From Paraspadella gotoi (Eukaryota > Animalia > Chaetognatha), in NCBI GenBank assembly GCA_051294375.1, contig CM119270.1, positions 9,673,530-9,737,529 on the forward strand: 64,000 nucleotides of DNA, written 5' to 3'. The translations under genes and the position numbers were made by a program. Under the pieces are notes generated by a model. It saw only the letters and a list, made by a program, of their open reading frames with translations, was not told the DNA's origin and did not search any database. Of the stretch, positions 13,881 to 27,046 are shown piece after piece (the first letter of the stretch is position 1; the number at the start of each line of letters is the position of its first letter).

Positions 13881-14104
13881 CTTAAATAAAAAAAAGATTC
13901 GATGTATCGATTAATTGTTTTATAGCTTGATTGTTTTATGGTTGGAGTATTTAATAGCTTGATTGATCAATTAATTGATTGGTGGATTAGGATTTGATCG
14001 TTTGATGTTTCTACGTATATACAGAGGTAATTGAATGAATGAAAGAGTGATTTTTTAAATTATTGATTGAAAGATGTATTGAATAATTATTATTGATAGA
14101 TTTA

Positions 14105-14680
14105 TTAGTCGGATCTGCTTATCAGCAGATACCGACTCTATAATTCACTTTGTCGGTCCGTCGGTCCGCCCCCTCAATCTTGTCGGGCATTCACTTATAT
14201 CATGCCAGAACATCGAATTATGATAAATTATGCAAAAAAAAAAAACAAAAAAAAGATATCCGTCCGTCCATCCATCTGTCTGTCTGTCCATCCGTCTCAC
14301 CTTAGCAAAAAACTCCAATTATTCAAAAAATCAATTCATTTATCTAATAATTAATTATTGAATAAATTTATTTATCATTAATTATTTACTCAATCAATAA
14401 ATTTTTTTATGAATTAATTAATTATTCAATCAAGTAAGTCAATCGTTATCGGCGTTGTTGTCGTCTTCGCCATCATCATCGTCGTTGCTTTTGTCGTGGT
14501 CACTGAGGAAAAGACCTAAAAACAAACATTTTGGATCAAATTAATTTATTAAATTGCCTAATTAATTATTTATTAAATTAATTAATAAATTAATCAATTA
14601 ATAAATTAATTAATTAATAAATTAATTAATTACCGCCAATGATCGTGGGCAGATCCGACATTGATTGCTCAAACTTGTTT
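14105..14680 (+). mobile_element. DINE-1-like Helentron-associated element, family A (short, both ends present)
   Basis: 5' subterminal inverted repeat forming a hairpin, a (GTCY)n microsatellite at 14259-14295, the 3' partner gcagatccgac at about 14649 and a terminal aacttgttt. It sits in a T-rich site with no evident TSD. Confidence 0.75.
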
Positions 14681-14729
14681 ATTGATTGATGAATTAATAG
14701 GGTTTTTTTAAAATTATTCATCGACTCAC

Positions 14730-14864
14730 TTTGAGAGTGTCCAACGCCGAGAGAGCAGCTTCGAGCGCTGGGATGGCCTCGGCGAGTTCAGACTCGCACT
14801 CGTCCTTCAGTGCACGAGCCTGCGCTGCTTGTTCATTGGCCACCGCCTCCTCGGCTTTCACAAC
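14730..14864 (-). CDS. DNAH12: Dynein stalk CC1 exon: VVKAEEAVANEQAAQARALKDECESELAEAIPALEAALSALDTLK
   Basis: ttccag acceptor and gtgagt donor, 135 nt, phase 0->0. CExxLAEAIPALxAAxxALDTL motif. Confidence 0.95.
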
Positions 14865-14985
14865 CTGGAAACGTCGGTTAATATTATTATATATTTTTGT
14901 TTATTATTAGTAAATAAGTTGGAGTAACTACCTACCGGACAATCTGTCTATCGGTCGTTTTGTCCATCAGTCTCTTTTAACCTAC

Positions 14986-15108
14986 CTTTGATGTTCTTTC
15001 AACTTCTTTGGATTCCTTTTCAATGACGATCATCATCCTTTCGTTTTCCGCCGAAGCAGTCACCAACTGAGGTTGGAGCTCTTCAAGCTCCTGTTGCATG
15101 TCCGATAC
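14986..15108 (-). CDS. DNAH12: Dynein stalk CC1 exon: VSDMQQELEELQPQLVTASAENERMMIVIEKESKEVERTSK
   Basis: (CT)n-cag acceptor and AAG|gtagg donor, 123 nt, phase 0->0. VxxMQxELxxLQPxL motif. Confidence 0.93.
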
Positions 15109-15183
<75 letters not shown>

Positions 15184-16018
15184 TTTTGAATTGGTTGGAT
15201 GCGAATACCCCGGATTAAATCTAAGCCGTTACTTCTGAACTGACGACTGATTCCCGTATTAGCGAAAGACGCTCGCTCCATTTGCTTTTCCCAATGTCAG
15301 CGAAAATCCTCGTAGATAAATCTAACCACGTTATCCTCCTTTCTATTCAATATGATTTTCCCTTCTTCCTTCTATCCTGTACATTTTACATTTTAGACTA
15401 TTTTTATTGATATTTATGACTATACATTTTATAATATAGCAATACTGATTTGAATTTCACGCAGGTAACCGATCTAAACTTAATCTAATACATTGTTAAT
15501 GCTTAGTAATTATTTTTAATGGAATCATTGTAAAAAATTTTCGGAAATTTACATAAATATATTTTGTACAACATTTTTTTCAATAAAATTTTTATTCCAG
15601 GATTTCAACCACCAACTACTTATCCGGCCCCTACTGTTTCACCACTCCTCCTTTGGTCAGAAGGACTTCTTCCAATTTCTTGGAGTTTCTGCCAAATCGC
15701 ATCCGAGATGAATTGGATTGCAAACCGATTGGTTCTCTTCGAATCAACAAAAACTAAGAATAGACCGTAATTTTTCTAATAATCGAAAGACGAACAAAGA
15801 GCTATGAAACTGGTTCATTAAATTCATGTGTTTAATAAATAAGCTAACTTGACCCTGACTTAGGACATTCTATGGTATCTAATTAGTTTTTATTGGTATT
15901 TACTAATTGCTGTCATGTCTCAAGATCGCCTCTTAAAAATGTGCGAAGCTGGAAAATAATTTTTTTTTAGCTAAGTTGAAATGAGAGGGGACCTGGGGAT
16001 AAGCCGGAACTAAGACTT

Positions 16019-16137
<119 letters not shown>

Positions 16138-16380
16138 TTCTTTTTTACTTTCTCATTTCCCATTGTTTTCTTAATTTCCATCGTAACTCATTTGTCTACT
16201 CTCATTTGTTAGGAGCTTTGTGCGTCAGAATCCTCCTTTCCTATTGTTTTACGTTTTACCACAGCTCAGTGCTGACTGTTACAGATATTGGATGAACAAA
16301 ATTAAAAAAAATATAAAGTGTAAGACAAACAAAGAGATAGAGGGATTCAAACACTGAGAGAGAGAATGAGAAAATATGTG

Positions 16381-16448
<68 letters not shown>

Positions 16449-17700
16449 GGAGAGAGAGAGAGAGAGATACTCTTTTCTCGCTATACTTGTTTACATCAGA
16501 AATGAAGAGAAAGAAAAGAAAAGCTGGTTATAAAAACTGAAGATGGGTTTTTATAGCTTTTTTCCCGCGTAAAGCCGTCGTCAAGCACAGCGATAGAAAT
16601 GGCGATAAAAAACACAGTGATAAATAAAGAGGGCGATAAAAACTTGCCATGGCAAAAGAGGGGGGGGGGCGGAAGTGGTCGAAATGACGGCCTGACGTCG
16701 AGTGGTTAAAGACCGCGAAATAACCGGTTAAGAACGAATTCAGGTGATTAACCAGAGCGACGTAAACCACGATTTGGAAGTCTTATTTTATGAGCTTAAA
16801 ACTTTAACTTTTTTAAAGTAGCAACGACGGGTAAGTGCTACTATGGGAGAGTTTTGTCATTCAAAAGCAAGTTACGGATGATAGGGAAGGGGTAAGTTTA
16901 TCTTCAACTTAAAAGAGCTGTATTATCATTATCATCCATGTAATGGCGGACGCCGACCACCACAAACGATTAAACAAATCTTCGTCAATCTTATTATCGC
17001 CGTGATTTTTATCGTTATTCTGATTCGTATCCAGACCGTCGTAGACCACTAGTACAAGACGATGACGATTGCAAAACTGCAATGAGCTAAGGACGACAAC
17101 TGCAACAACGACGAAAACCATCGGAAATTATCACATCTTCATCTGGCTGCAAAAAAAAAAAACAAAAAAAAAAAACAAAAAAAAAACAAGAGCCTCTTTG
17201 TTTCTTTTCTTTTTTCTATCTTAGCCTTTTTATCGAAAATCGATATGAGAAAAAGGAGAAAGGATGAGAAAGAAAACATCATCCCGGTTCAATGGCCGCA
17301 AAGATCAACACTAGTCAACGTCAAACGATATCACAACGAAGGAATAAACGATTCACTTTGAAAAGAAAAATCCAAAAACGGAAAATGCAGCTGATTTTGT
17401 GGATAATTTTTAGAATATCAGTAAAAAGGATAGAATGCAGCGGAAAATACTGCACAGAACCCCATGCGATGATACTAAAGAATTCATAGAACAATATTGC
17501 TGTTATGAATTATATGCTATATTCTTCGTTATAATCGCGTTAGAAACACGACGTAAAAAGAAAGCGGCTGGGACACAGCACCCCCTCTCGTATCGAGGGC
17601 AACTATGGTAATGAAAACGAGGTCGACGATGAAGAAGACGACGACGATGAAGACGACGACGACGACACCGAAGCCAAAAACGCTTCTCCTTCGAACTCAC

Positions 17701-17863
17701 CTGAGAGGCGGCGAAGGCCAGTTTGTCCAGACCCACTTCGTATCTCCGTTTGGCGCGCATGATCTCGTCGCGCCTCTGGGTAATGAGCGCCTTGAAGGCG
17801 GCGATCAACTCCAAGTAGGACGTCGGCGTCACGTAGTTGCGACGACCCATGTTTTCCCAGAAT
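17701..17863 (-). CDS. DNAH12: Dynein heavy chain exon: FWENMGRRNYVTPTSYLELIAAFKALITQRRDEIMRAKRRYEVGLDKLAFAASQ
   Basis: ttcttag acceptor and gtgagt donor, 163 nt, phase 2->0. Conserved RxNYVTPTSYLELI and RYxxGLxKL motifs at the stalk base. Confidence 0.96.
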
Positions 17864-18702
17864 CTAAGAAGAGAGGGCGAGTGGGTAATTTGTGGGGGAA
17901 ATGATCGAAATTTGCGGGCAAGTGGCGTGTTGGATTTCCCCTCGAGGATGAGTTTGGGTGGAAAAGGGTGTTGGAAAAGGGGAGATACTTTAGATAATGG
18001 TGAAGGTTGTCGAAATTTGACGGGTCATTGGGGGGAAGGCGGGAGGGGGGAAGATAAACGAGGAAATCAGAAAAGTAATCAAAGGAAAGATAAAAAAAAA
18101 GAGTAAAGTCCGAAGGACAGATTCATTCGGCGGCAACCTCTGACACTTTGGGATATAAACGAGAGAAAAATGCTCTGCGCCAAAGTAATTTTATCATTTA
18201 TTATCATAAAAAAATCCTTCACCCTGGATGTCGGTTTTTTTTTTTTTTTTTTTTTTTGGCGTTTTCTAGATAAAATTAGCGTCTAAATTTATTTATGGGA
18301 AGTTGAAGGTTGAATAGAAATTGTTTATGTCCTTGACATAATCTTAAGAACCAAGTTATTCGAACGATATGAGATTTAAAAATTAAAACCCTTACTGAAT
18401 AATTTTTAAAAAGCGCTAAATAAATAAATAAATAAAACTACTGACAAACATTAAATATCTAAATCATTAAGCACGTGGTCTGCACAAAATTGACAAAAAC
18501 CGTTAATTGAAGCTTTTGCTGGATCACGATCAAACTTTCGTTTAAAAACCTACAAACTAATCAGTCACCCGGAAAGCTGTTACGTATTTTTAATCACAAG
18601 CCTAAAATTCCGTAAAGCATTTCCGCTACAGTAAAGGATCAAAGCGACGGGTCGAGGGAAAATGATAAAACGAGGGATTTAGAGCAAAGAAAAAGGCTCA
18701 TC

Positions 18703-18807
<105 letters not shown>

Positions 18808-20186
18808 ATCATTTTTTTTGTCATCGTCGTCAAGATGAAGAGGCTAATGGGCTTCTTGAGTCAAAGCGAAAGGAGGATGGGAAATGGAATGGTCAGCGGG
18901 CCTTCTTCAAAAGAGTCACTTCTAAGGTACATTAAGATTAGTAAATACATTAATAAGCGTTTTTATTCGAATGCAACAAGGTTAATTAAAAAAACTGAAC
19001 CGAGTACAAAAGACAGAACACCGACAGAAATTTGGAAAAAGCATTAAATTACATTATACAATATTCGAAAATGTTTTCATGTCGTAAGAAATAGAATTAA
19101 GCCTTAAAGAACTGAATTTTTCAAGGAATAATTAATACAATATAATGATGCCGACAACTTCTTAATAAAATAAAAAAGACACGGTGGTTTTAGTCATATC
19201 ATGCGGACCAAAAGACAAAATAAAATTTCAACAAAGAGATTGCCTTGCGAACTACCACATTCTCGAACCACTCAAAAGTAAACAAACAAACAAACCATTG
19301 GGTTATAAACAAACAAAACTGCTGTCCATAAGAGAGGCCATAACTCGCTCCCCGGGGAAAAATCGAATGGAGATGCTCTGTCAATGACACAAGAAGGCGC
19401 TCTTGCGGGAGAAAGAGGAGGAAAACGGGAAGAGGAGGGAAAGAGGCTAACAAAAGATAAAAGAAGAGAAGTGACAAATGAAATTCTAAAACAGCGACGA
19501 ATATCAACTGCAGCTTCTGTTTGAAGAAAGAAAGGAAGGTCAAGGGAGAACGGAAAGAAAGGGGAAAGGGAGCGGGAGGAGTGATTAGTAACTCTGGGTG
19601 CAAAACTGAAAAAAAAAAAAGACGCCGAAGAAGAAAAAAAGAAAAAGGGAGAAGTTGAATATGACGAAAGTCTTTAGGGTCAGCGGCGTTTAAAGGAAGT
19701 GTTAGGAGAAAGGAAAGTTTGAATTTAGGATAATCGTTCCTCGGGGAGAAACGAAAAAGTCAAGGTCGGAATTAGAGAGGAAAGTTAGAGAGTTTGTGGA
19801 AAATGTGGGCGTTTTTTTTTGGGTCTGTGTGTTATGTAACGCATAACCCCACGTTAATCAAGTCGAATGTGAAACGGAATGACAACAAAGAATATTGTAT
19901 GAAAAGAGAACGCTGCCTCGTTCCTATCACCGATTAAATATTTAGAGACACCTAGTCCGTGGATAAAATTTTAATATTTCGTTGTTCATATTTTTTCACA
20001 TGGAATGTTTTCCGAAAATTGGCTGACAACGGAGAACGGGAACGTATGAGAAAAAAGGAAGGAAGGAAAGAAAAAGAAAAAAGAATGAAGTGTGAATAAA
20101 GAATTATCTCCGATCGCGCTGTCAAAAAAATGACAAAAGCTTCGAAGCTTCTTCGCTTAAAAATGGAAAGTGAGAGGGATGGCGGA

Positions 20187-20265
<79 letters not shown>

Positions 20266-20499
20266 CTTTCTTTTCCTCGGCCTCAAATTCACAAATAAAA
20301 ATGAGGAAAGCGGAAGAAGAGAATTCAATGAACGACGCACGAAAAATTCGGTGAACATGAGAACCGGCTGAGGCGGGGAAGGGAGGGAAAGGGGGGGGAA
20401 AGGGGTGGCACTTAATTTGGGGTTTTTGGATAGAATTAAAACGGACGAGGAAGTGGAGACAAAGTTTCTTGTTAGAAAGGAGTAATGTGTTTTTTTTAA

Positions 20500-20729
20500 C
20501 CATACAACCAAAAATTTTAACCACACTGTGAAGTTTCTAGTACAACTTATAGTGCTTTAACTGATTATCACAGTGTCGTTAATCAGATATCGCGTTTTAG
20601 ACGCGTACACTTGACCGGAAGTTAAATTTTACCATAAAACGTGTTTTGTTCCCTGACATTACTTAAAAGTCAAGTAAGTAAAGTTGTACTAGAAACTTCA
20701 CAGTATGGTTAAATTTTTCGATTGTATGG
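20500..20729. mobile_element. 230-bp MITE with roughly 50-bp TIRs, piggyBac-like ends
   Basis: ccatacaaccaaaaattttaaccacactgtgaagtttctagtacaactt pairs with 20681-20729. Flanks are TTAA and TTAT. Confidence 0.75.
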
Positions 20730-21078
20730 TTATTAGTAGAGAGTCTCGGGTCCCCTGCGCAAAGCTAATCCCAGTGGTTCCGAATCTCCGGCCGCCTTTA
20801 AAAGACCAAATCTCAGAGGAGAAAATGAAAATATTTTCGATTTTAAATAATCAAAATATCGTCGCAATAGTCGCGATAATAACCTACTTTTCAGAAATCA
20901 CTCTGGCGGTCGTGTGAAACTCTTTGCAGATTTGCACCGAAGAGTCTTTCTCTTCGTCTTGCATCTCCACCATCTCCAAATAATTGTAGGCAACTTTTTC
21001 CAAAGCTTCTTGCGTCCACGCCTGAGGACGTTGACGGAAGAGGGGGGGTTGACGATGATGGGACCGATAGGAAAACGA

Positions 21079-21143
21079 TGGCGTGAAAAGCCAGTGGCGT
21101 GAAAAGCCAGTGGCGTGAAAAGCCAGTGGCGTGAAAAGCCAGT
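21079..21143. repeat. 16-bp tandem repeat x4 (tggcgtgaaaagccag)
   Basis: Directly visible. Confidence 0.95.
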
Positions 21144-21261
21144 GATGTAGCGGCGGCGGTGGCGTTGGAGAAGGGAAAACGAAGAGGGATCGTCGGAGAG
21201 GAGCGGCCCAGACAGGAGCAAATTGGTTCCGGGAAAGCGGCAGGAAATGAGAAAATATGTG

Positions 21262-21380
<119 letters not shown>

Positions 21381-21725
21381 GATTTTGATGACGTGATAAT
21401 AGCCCAAAGAAAGATGTTTATAACTGAGGAAGGCATGGTTTTACTATCGTTGACGGAAAATGGGAAAAGTTTCATGAATTTTAAATCATTTGGACTCGCG
21501 TTTTTTAATGAGGCTCATTAAGAAAAACTCGATTAATTTAACTATCAAAACAAGTCATTTTCGACTTCTTATTTTATCTTTTTCTTTCTTCCTTTTCTTC
21601 TTCCTCTTTCTCTCTCTGAGTCTGAGTCTCTTCTTCGACTAAACAAGGATTTATGTTGTTTTCAGACTAATTTTCATCGTCGTCGTTAATCATCAAAAAA
21701 AAAATGAGGAAAATTAGTAAAAAAC

Positions 21726-22766
21726 GACTAGTAGTAGGGTAGTCTGGTGATTTTTTATTTTTATGAAGAAAATTTTTTTACGTGCTGTTATGTAGCAGAC
21801 ATAGTTAGATTTCATATGATACCTCAAATGATGCATTAAAATTATTTTATGACAGCATTATGACATAATGATAATTGTGATAATTTTTTTCTGCCAGGCC
21901 TTTTAGACACAGCTAAATCTTAAAATTAAAAAATCTGATAATACAGTCTTTTAGCCCTATGTCAGTAGTTTTTAAATCAGGGGGAACAAAGTTTGAACTC
22001 CTAAATTATCATTTTTAAATCATATGTTTTTAAGGTTCCTACATGATTTTTAAATTTTTTTTTCAACAAAATGATAATCATTATCCTTAGTAATTATATA
22101 AACATTTGAGGTATAGAAAAGTTTTTTTTATATCAGAAACATAATTCAATCTTTTTTCTTTCAGAATCTATATTTATTTTTTTTTTAATGTGGCCAAGTG
22201 TGTTTAATTTAATTTCAAAAGTTGTTATACTTTTGACTAAGATTCCGATCAAATCCTTTGAAATATTTTTAAAAAATTATATGGAAAAGATGCCCCATAA
22301 TTATGGCTTTAATATGATACCAGTCTCATCGTTCTATCATTTTTGGTTCAAAAGATATCTAAGAAAATCAATTTTTTATTAACAATTGACTCGGCCGAAG
22401 CTAAAAATTTAAGTGGAACCTAACCAAACAACTTGCTTTCAAGGCATATCGCGTCTATGCGCGTCTAAGTAGGTCAATTTTAAAAACAGATTTGGAATCC
22501 TCAAACGTATATTTACTAGTAACCTGATGACATCAAAAAGAAAAATTAATTCTAATATTTTTAGTTAATATCAATCGATTTCAATGAAAGAAAAGGCACT
22601 ATATATATTGCATGTGATTGAACAATGCTTTCGCAATAATAATTTTATCAATTTTATGTATTTTGTAAGTATTTTAAGTATTTTTATTCAGTGAGTAAAA
22701 TAACAACTTTTTTATTCGCTAATTTTTATCTCGGACGCTTAACGCCAGACTTCCCTACTATTAGTA
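21726..22766. mobile_element. Non-autonomous TIR element, about 1 kb
   Basis: TIRs acta(g/a)tagtaggg(t/a)agtctgg. The internal segment 21920-22420 is repeated at 30615-31140. Confidence 0.7.
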
Positions 22767-23013
22767 GGAGTTGTTGTCAGTTCAAAGGATGAAAGGAATA
22801 GTGCAACCTGTGATCAGGACTGTTGAAGAAGTGTGCATTGGACTGTGCTCAGGAGTGCAACAAAACGGTACAAGGAACGGTGTGGTATCACGACAATGTG
22901 CAAAAATGTCAGAACTACGTTATTTGGTGCGTTAGAAAAAGTTTTTCGGTCAATATCTTTCTCAAATTGAAGAAAATCTAACCTATCATTCAACCATATC
23001 ACCCCTCACTCAC

Positions 23014-23162
23014 TCCTCGCAGACTTTCGTGCTGGTGAGGTGCAATCTGACGAAGCCTCTGGCGAAGGCGTCCTGCTCTGACTCCGACGGCATCTCCAAC
23101 TCTTCGCCGAAATCCTTCAAGAAGCGAAGGCCGACCCGAAGGAGGCCTTCTGACGGCCATTC
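23014..23162 (-). CDS. DNAH12: Dynein heavy chain exon (AAA4 small domain): EWPSEGLLRVGLRFLKDFGEELEMPSESEQDAFARGFVRLHLTSTKVCE(E)
   Basis: cccaag acceptor and gtgagt donor, 149 nt, phase 0->2. WPxxxLxxVxxxFL is the motif expected after IDWF. Confidence 0.88.
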
Positions 23163-23500
23163 CTTGGGGGTCGGAGTATTTGTGAGGATAATTGTGGTCG
23201 GCGGCCAAGTGTGGGGAGATTTGGTGCAAGTGTAGTTGAATATGATGGAAACGTAAATTGGTGGTGAAACAGAAATTGCATTCACGAAGAGTGAAACGAA
23301 CATTAATTTCGATTATCAATATATATATAAATTATTCAATAGAAATTCTTTGAAACATTTATAAACGCTTTATATCGAACAATCAAGAAAAGAAACGCGG
23401 TTATCGTTTAGAAACATTTTACAACATATTACATCGATCCACAGACATAGGAATCATGGTTGCGTTTAGAAACAACATCAGCAGTTTCCGACTACTGTAC

Positions 23501-23689
23501 CTGGAACCAGTCAATGGTGCAACAGTTGACCAGAGACGGGAACTGGCGCAGGCGGTTCCGAAACGCGACGCCGATGGGCGAGAAAGCGATGATGATGTGG
23601 ACGTTCTCGCGGCAGCGGTTGATGAAGAAGGCGAACAACGTCAGCGGCGTTAACTCCGCCTCGCTCTTGTCCATCAGGGAGTGGTGACC
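23501..23689 (-). CDS. DNAH12: Dynein heavy chain exon (AAA4): GHHSLMDKSEAELTPLTLFAFFINRCRENVHIIIAFSPIGVAFRNRLRQFPSLVNCCTIDWFQ
   Basis: catcag acceptor and CAG|gtacag donor, 189 nt, phase 0->0. Contains the hallmark SPIGxxFRxRLRQFPSLVNCCTIDWF. Confidence 0.95.
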
Positions 23690-23920
23690 CTGATGTGGTT
23701 GGCGAGATGGGGGTGGGGGGCGGTGTGTTTGGATGTTTGGATGTGGTTGGGGAAAGAGTGATCGTGGGAGGGAAGAAATCGGGAGTGATTGATGGGAGGA
23801 GGAAAAACATATCACGTGAGTTTTGTTGTTGTTATTGTCGTTCGTTGTTGTTGAGTGGGAGGAAATCGTCTGAGAGAGAGAAAGATATATTTGGGAAGAA
23901 AGAGGGAATGGAAAAGGGAC

Positions 23921-23952
<32 letters not shown>

Positions 23953-24448
23953 NNNNNNNNNNNNNNNNNNNNNNNNNNNNNNNNNNNNNNNNNNNNNNNN
24001 NNNNNNNNNNNNNNNNNNNNNNNNNNNNNNNNNNNNNNNNNNNNNNNNNNNNNNNNNNNNNNNNNNNNNNNNNNNNNNNNNNNNNNNNNNNNNNNNNNNN
24101 NNNNNNNNNNNNNNNNNNNNNNNNNNNNNNNNNNNNNNNNNNNNNNNNNNNNNNNNNNNNNNNNNNNNNNNNNNNNNNNNNNNNNNNNNNNNNNNNNNNN
24201 NNNNNNNNNNNNNNNNNNNNNNNNNNNNNNNNNNNNNNNNNNNNNNNNNNNNNNNNNNNNNNNNNNNNNNNNNNNNNNNNNNNNNNNNNNNNNNNNNNNN
24301 NNNNNNNNNNNNNNNNNNNNNNNNNNNNNNNNNNNNNNNNNNNNNNNNNNNNNNNNNNNNNNNNNNNNNNNNNNNNNNNNNNNNNNNNNNNNNNNNNNNN
24401 NNNNNNNNNNNNNNNNNNNNNNNNNNNNNNNNNNNNNNNNNNNNNNNN
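23953..24448. other. Assembly gap (other gaps at 9827-9926 and 27849-27858)
   Basis: Runs of N. Confidence 1.
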
Positions 24449-24729
24449 AGTTCTAAAAAGAAGGGACTGGGGAGTGAGAGAGAGAGAGAGTCTCTAAAAA
24501 GAAGAACTGGGGAAGAGGGAAAGAGAGAAGAGAGAGAGTCTCTAAAAGAAAGGGACTGGGGGAGTGAGAGAGAGAGGCTCTAAAAAGAAGGGACTGGGGG
24601 AGGGAGAGAGAGAGAGAGAGTCTCCTAAAAGAAGGGACTGAGGGAAGGAGAGAGAGAAAGAAGAGAAGTTTCTAAAAAGAAGAGACTGGGGGAGAGGGAG
24701 AGAGAGAGTCTCTAAAAAGAAAGGACTGG

Positions 24730-24776
<47 letters not shown>

Positions 24777-25401
24777 TCTAAAAAGAAGGGACTGGGGGAG
24801 GGAGAGAGAGAGGGAGAGAGTCTCTAAAAAAAGGACTGGGAGAAGAGAAGAGAGAGAGAGTCTCTTAAAAGAAGGGACTGGGGAAGGGAGAGAGAGAGTC
24901 TCTAAAAAAGGGACTGGGGAGGGAGGAGAAGAGATAAGAGAGAGAGAAGAGAGAGAGTCTTTAAAAAGAAAGGAACAGGGGGAGAGAGAGAGAAAGTCTC
25001 TAAAAAGAAGGGACTGGGGGAGGGAGGGAGAGAGAGAGATTCTTTAAAAAAAGGGACTGGGGGAGGGAGAGACAGAGAGAGAGAGAGAGAGTCTCTAAAA
25101 AGAAGGGACTGGGAGAGAGAGAGAGAATCTCTAAAAAAAAGGGACTGGGGAAGGAGAGAGAGAGAGAGTCTCTAAAAAGAAGGGACTGGGGGAGGGAGAG
25201 AGAGAGGGAGAGAGTCTCTAAAAAAAAGGACTAGGGGAAAGAGAGAGAGAGAGAGAAGTCTCTTAAAAGAAGGGACTGGGGAATGGAGAGAGAGAGTCTC
25301 TAAAAAAGGGACTGGGGGAGAGAGAGAGAGAGAGAGTCTTTAAAAAAGAAGGGACAGGGGGAGAGAGAGAGAGAGTCTCTAAAAAGAAGGGACTGGGGAG
25401 G

Positions 25402-25432
<31 letters not shown>

Positions 25433-26080
25433 TCTATAAAAGAAGGGGACTGGGAGAGAGAGAGAGAGAGTCTCTAAAAAGAAGGGACTGGGGAGGGAGA
25501 GAGAAGAAAGAGAGTCTCTAAAAAGAGGGACTGGGGGAGTGAGAGAGAGAGAGATAGAGTCTCTTAAAAGAAGGGACTGGGGGAGGGAGAGAGAGAGAGA
25601 GAGAGAATCTCTAAAAAGAAGAGACTGGGGGAGTGAGAGAGAGAAGAGAGAGAGGCTCTAAAAAGAGGGGACTGGGGGAGGGAGAGGAGAGTCTCCTAAA
25701 AGGAGGACTGGGGAAGGGAGAGAGAGAGAGAGTCACTAAAAAGAAGAGACTGGGGGAGGGAGAGAGAGAGTCTCTAAAAAAAAGGGACTGGGGGAGGGAG
25801 AGAGAGAGAGAGTCTCTAAAAAGAAGGGACTGGGGGAAGGAGGAGGGAGAAGAGAGAGAGAGAGTCTCTAAAAAAGAAGGGACTGGGGGGAGGAGAGAGA
25901 GTCTCTAAAAAGAAGGGACTGGGGGAGAGGGAGAGAGAGGGAGAGAGAGTCTCTAAAAAGAAGGGACTGGGGGATGGAGAGAGAGAGAGAGAGAAGTCTC
26001 TAAAAAGAAGGGACTGGGGGAGAGGGAGAGAGAGGGAGAAGAGAGTCTCTAAAAAGAAGGGACTGGGGGAGGGAGAGAGA
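24449..26080. repeat. Compound satellite: constant core gagtctctaaaaagaagggactgggg plus a variable (GA)n spacer, roughly 40 units
   Basis: Directly visible. It probably extends into the gap at 23953-24448. Confidence 0.95.
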
Positions 26081-26927
26081 GCAGCTCAAGCGAATATGGT
26101 TAACATGGAAAGCCATTCGAGAAGAAAATTAGTATGATTTATTCAGTTAAATGAAGCTGAAAAAAGGTTAAAAAAGATTAAAGCCGTAGCATACGAGCGG
26201 GTTTATTTATTCTCTGTTTATTCATGATGAAATGAAGAAAATCAGTTAATTTATGAGTCATAAGAAACTTTGAGGGTTAATCTGGGAATTTATTTTATTT
26301 TTACATGCCTGTTGTTGTTGTTGCTGCAAAGAATCGTATTAAAAAATTGAAAGACATTTACAATTATAAAGAAACCGATAAAAAATTCAAGCTTGAGTAA
26401 ATGTTTGACAAATGATAAGTATGTCGCGAAATAACTCCTAGTACGTATATACGTAGTCGATTCGTGAAAAACATCTTAGCCCGAAGCAAGAAAAAGTTTT
26501 TAATTTCAAAAATAGTTTCATGGGAAAATTTGTTTTCGTATTTCTTTTGTGTGTGTTTTTATTACGGTCTATGTTTCGCCAACGCAATTACACTTGCAAA
26601 GGTCACCCATGGGAGAAAACCACGTAAACCCCTGGCCCCATAATAAAAAAACTCTATTTCCGTCTTTTATGACTTTTCCCTCCATCCAGGCTTTAACACT
26701 TTTTCCATCGCCGCACGTTTCACCCCTTCTCCGCCGTCTCCGCCCCCTTCCACTCTGTCCATGTTCACTAACTCTCACTGACTCTCACCCGCGAACGCGA
26801 CCCTCTTCACCTGCGCTTCTCACTATCCTATCCTTAACCCTCACCCTCTCAATTCTATCCCCTTTCTTTCAACCACCTCACGCTTCAACCCCCACCGCCA
26901 CGCCCACCATCCCCCCGCCTCCGCTAC

Positions 26928-27028
26928 CGGTGACGACGAACGCCTTCCCTCCTCCTCAGCGCCCCCTCCGGCTCCAGGCGGAACCAACGATTCCCGCCTC
27001 GAGCCGCGGCGTCCCGATTTCGCTCGTT
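26928..27028 (-). CDS. Candidate lineage-specific dynein insertion exon B: (E)RAKSGRRGSRRESLVPPGAGGGAEEEGRRSSSP
   Basis: GC-rich island. cttcaag acceptor and CCG|gtagcg donor followed by G-runs. 101 nt, phase 1->0, exactly restoring the frame after exon A. Confidence 0.5.
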
Positions 27029-27046
27029 CTTGAAGCGTGAGGTTGC

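Noticed and set aside
22188-22382. Duplicated small ORF (also 30900-31121) as a gene family
   Set aside because: Both lie within copies of a non-coding transposon interior.
23695-24583. 242-253-aa ORFs
   Set aside because: They are mostly N-gap translated as X.
24449-26080. CRISPR-like alternation of a constant repeat and variable spacers
   Set aside because: The spacers are only (GA)n length variants, the context is a eukaryotic intron and there are no cas genes.
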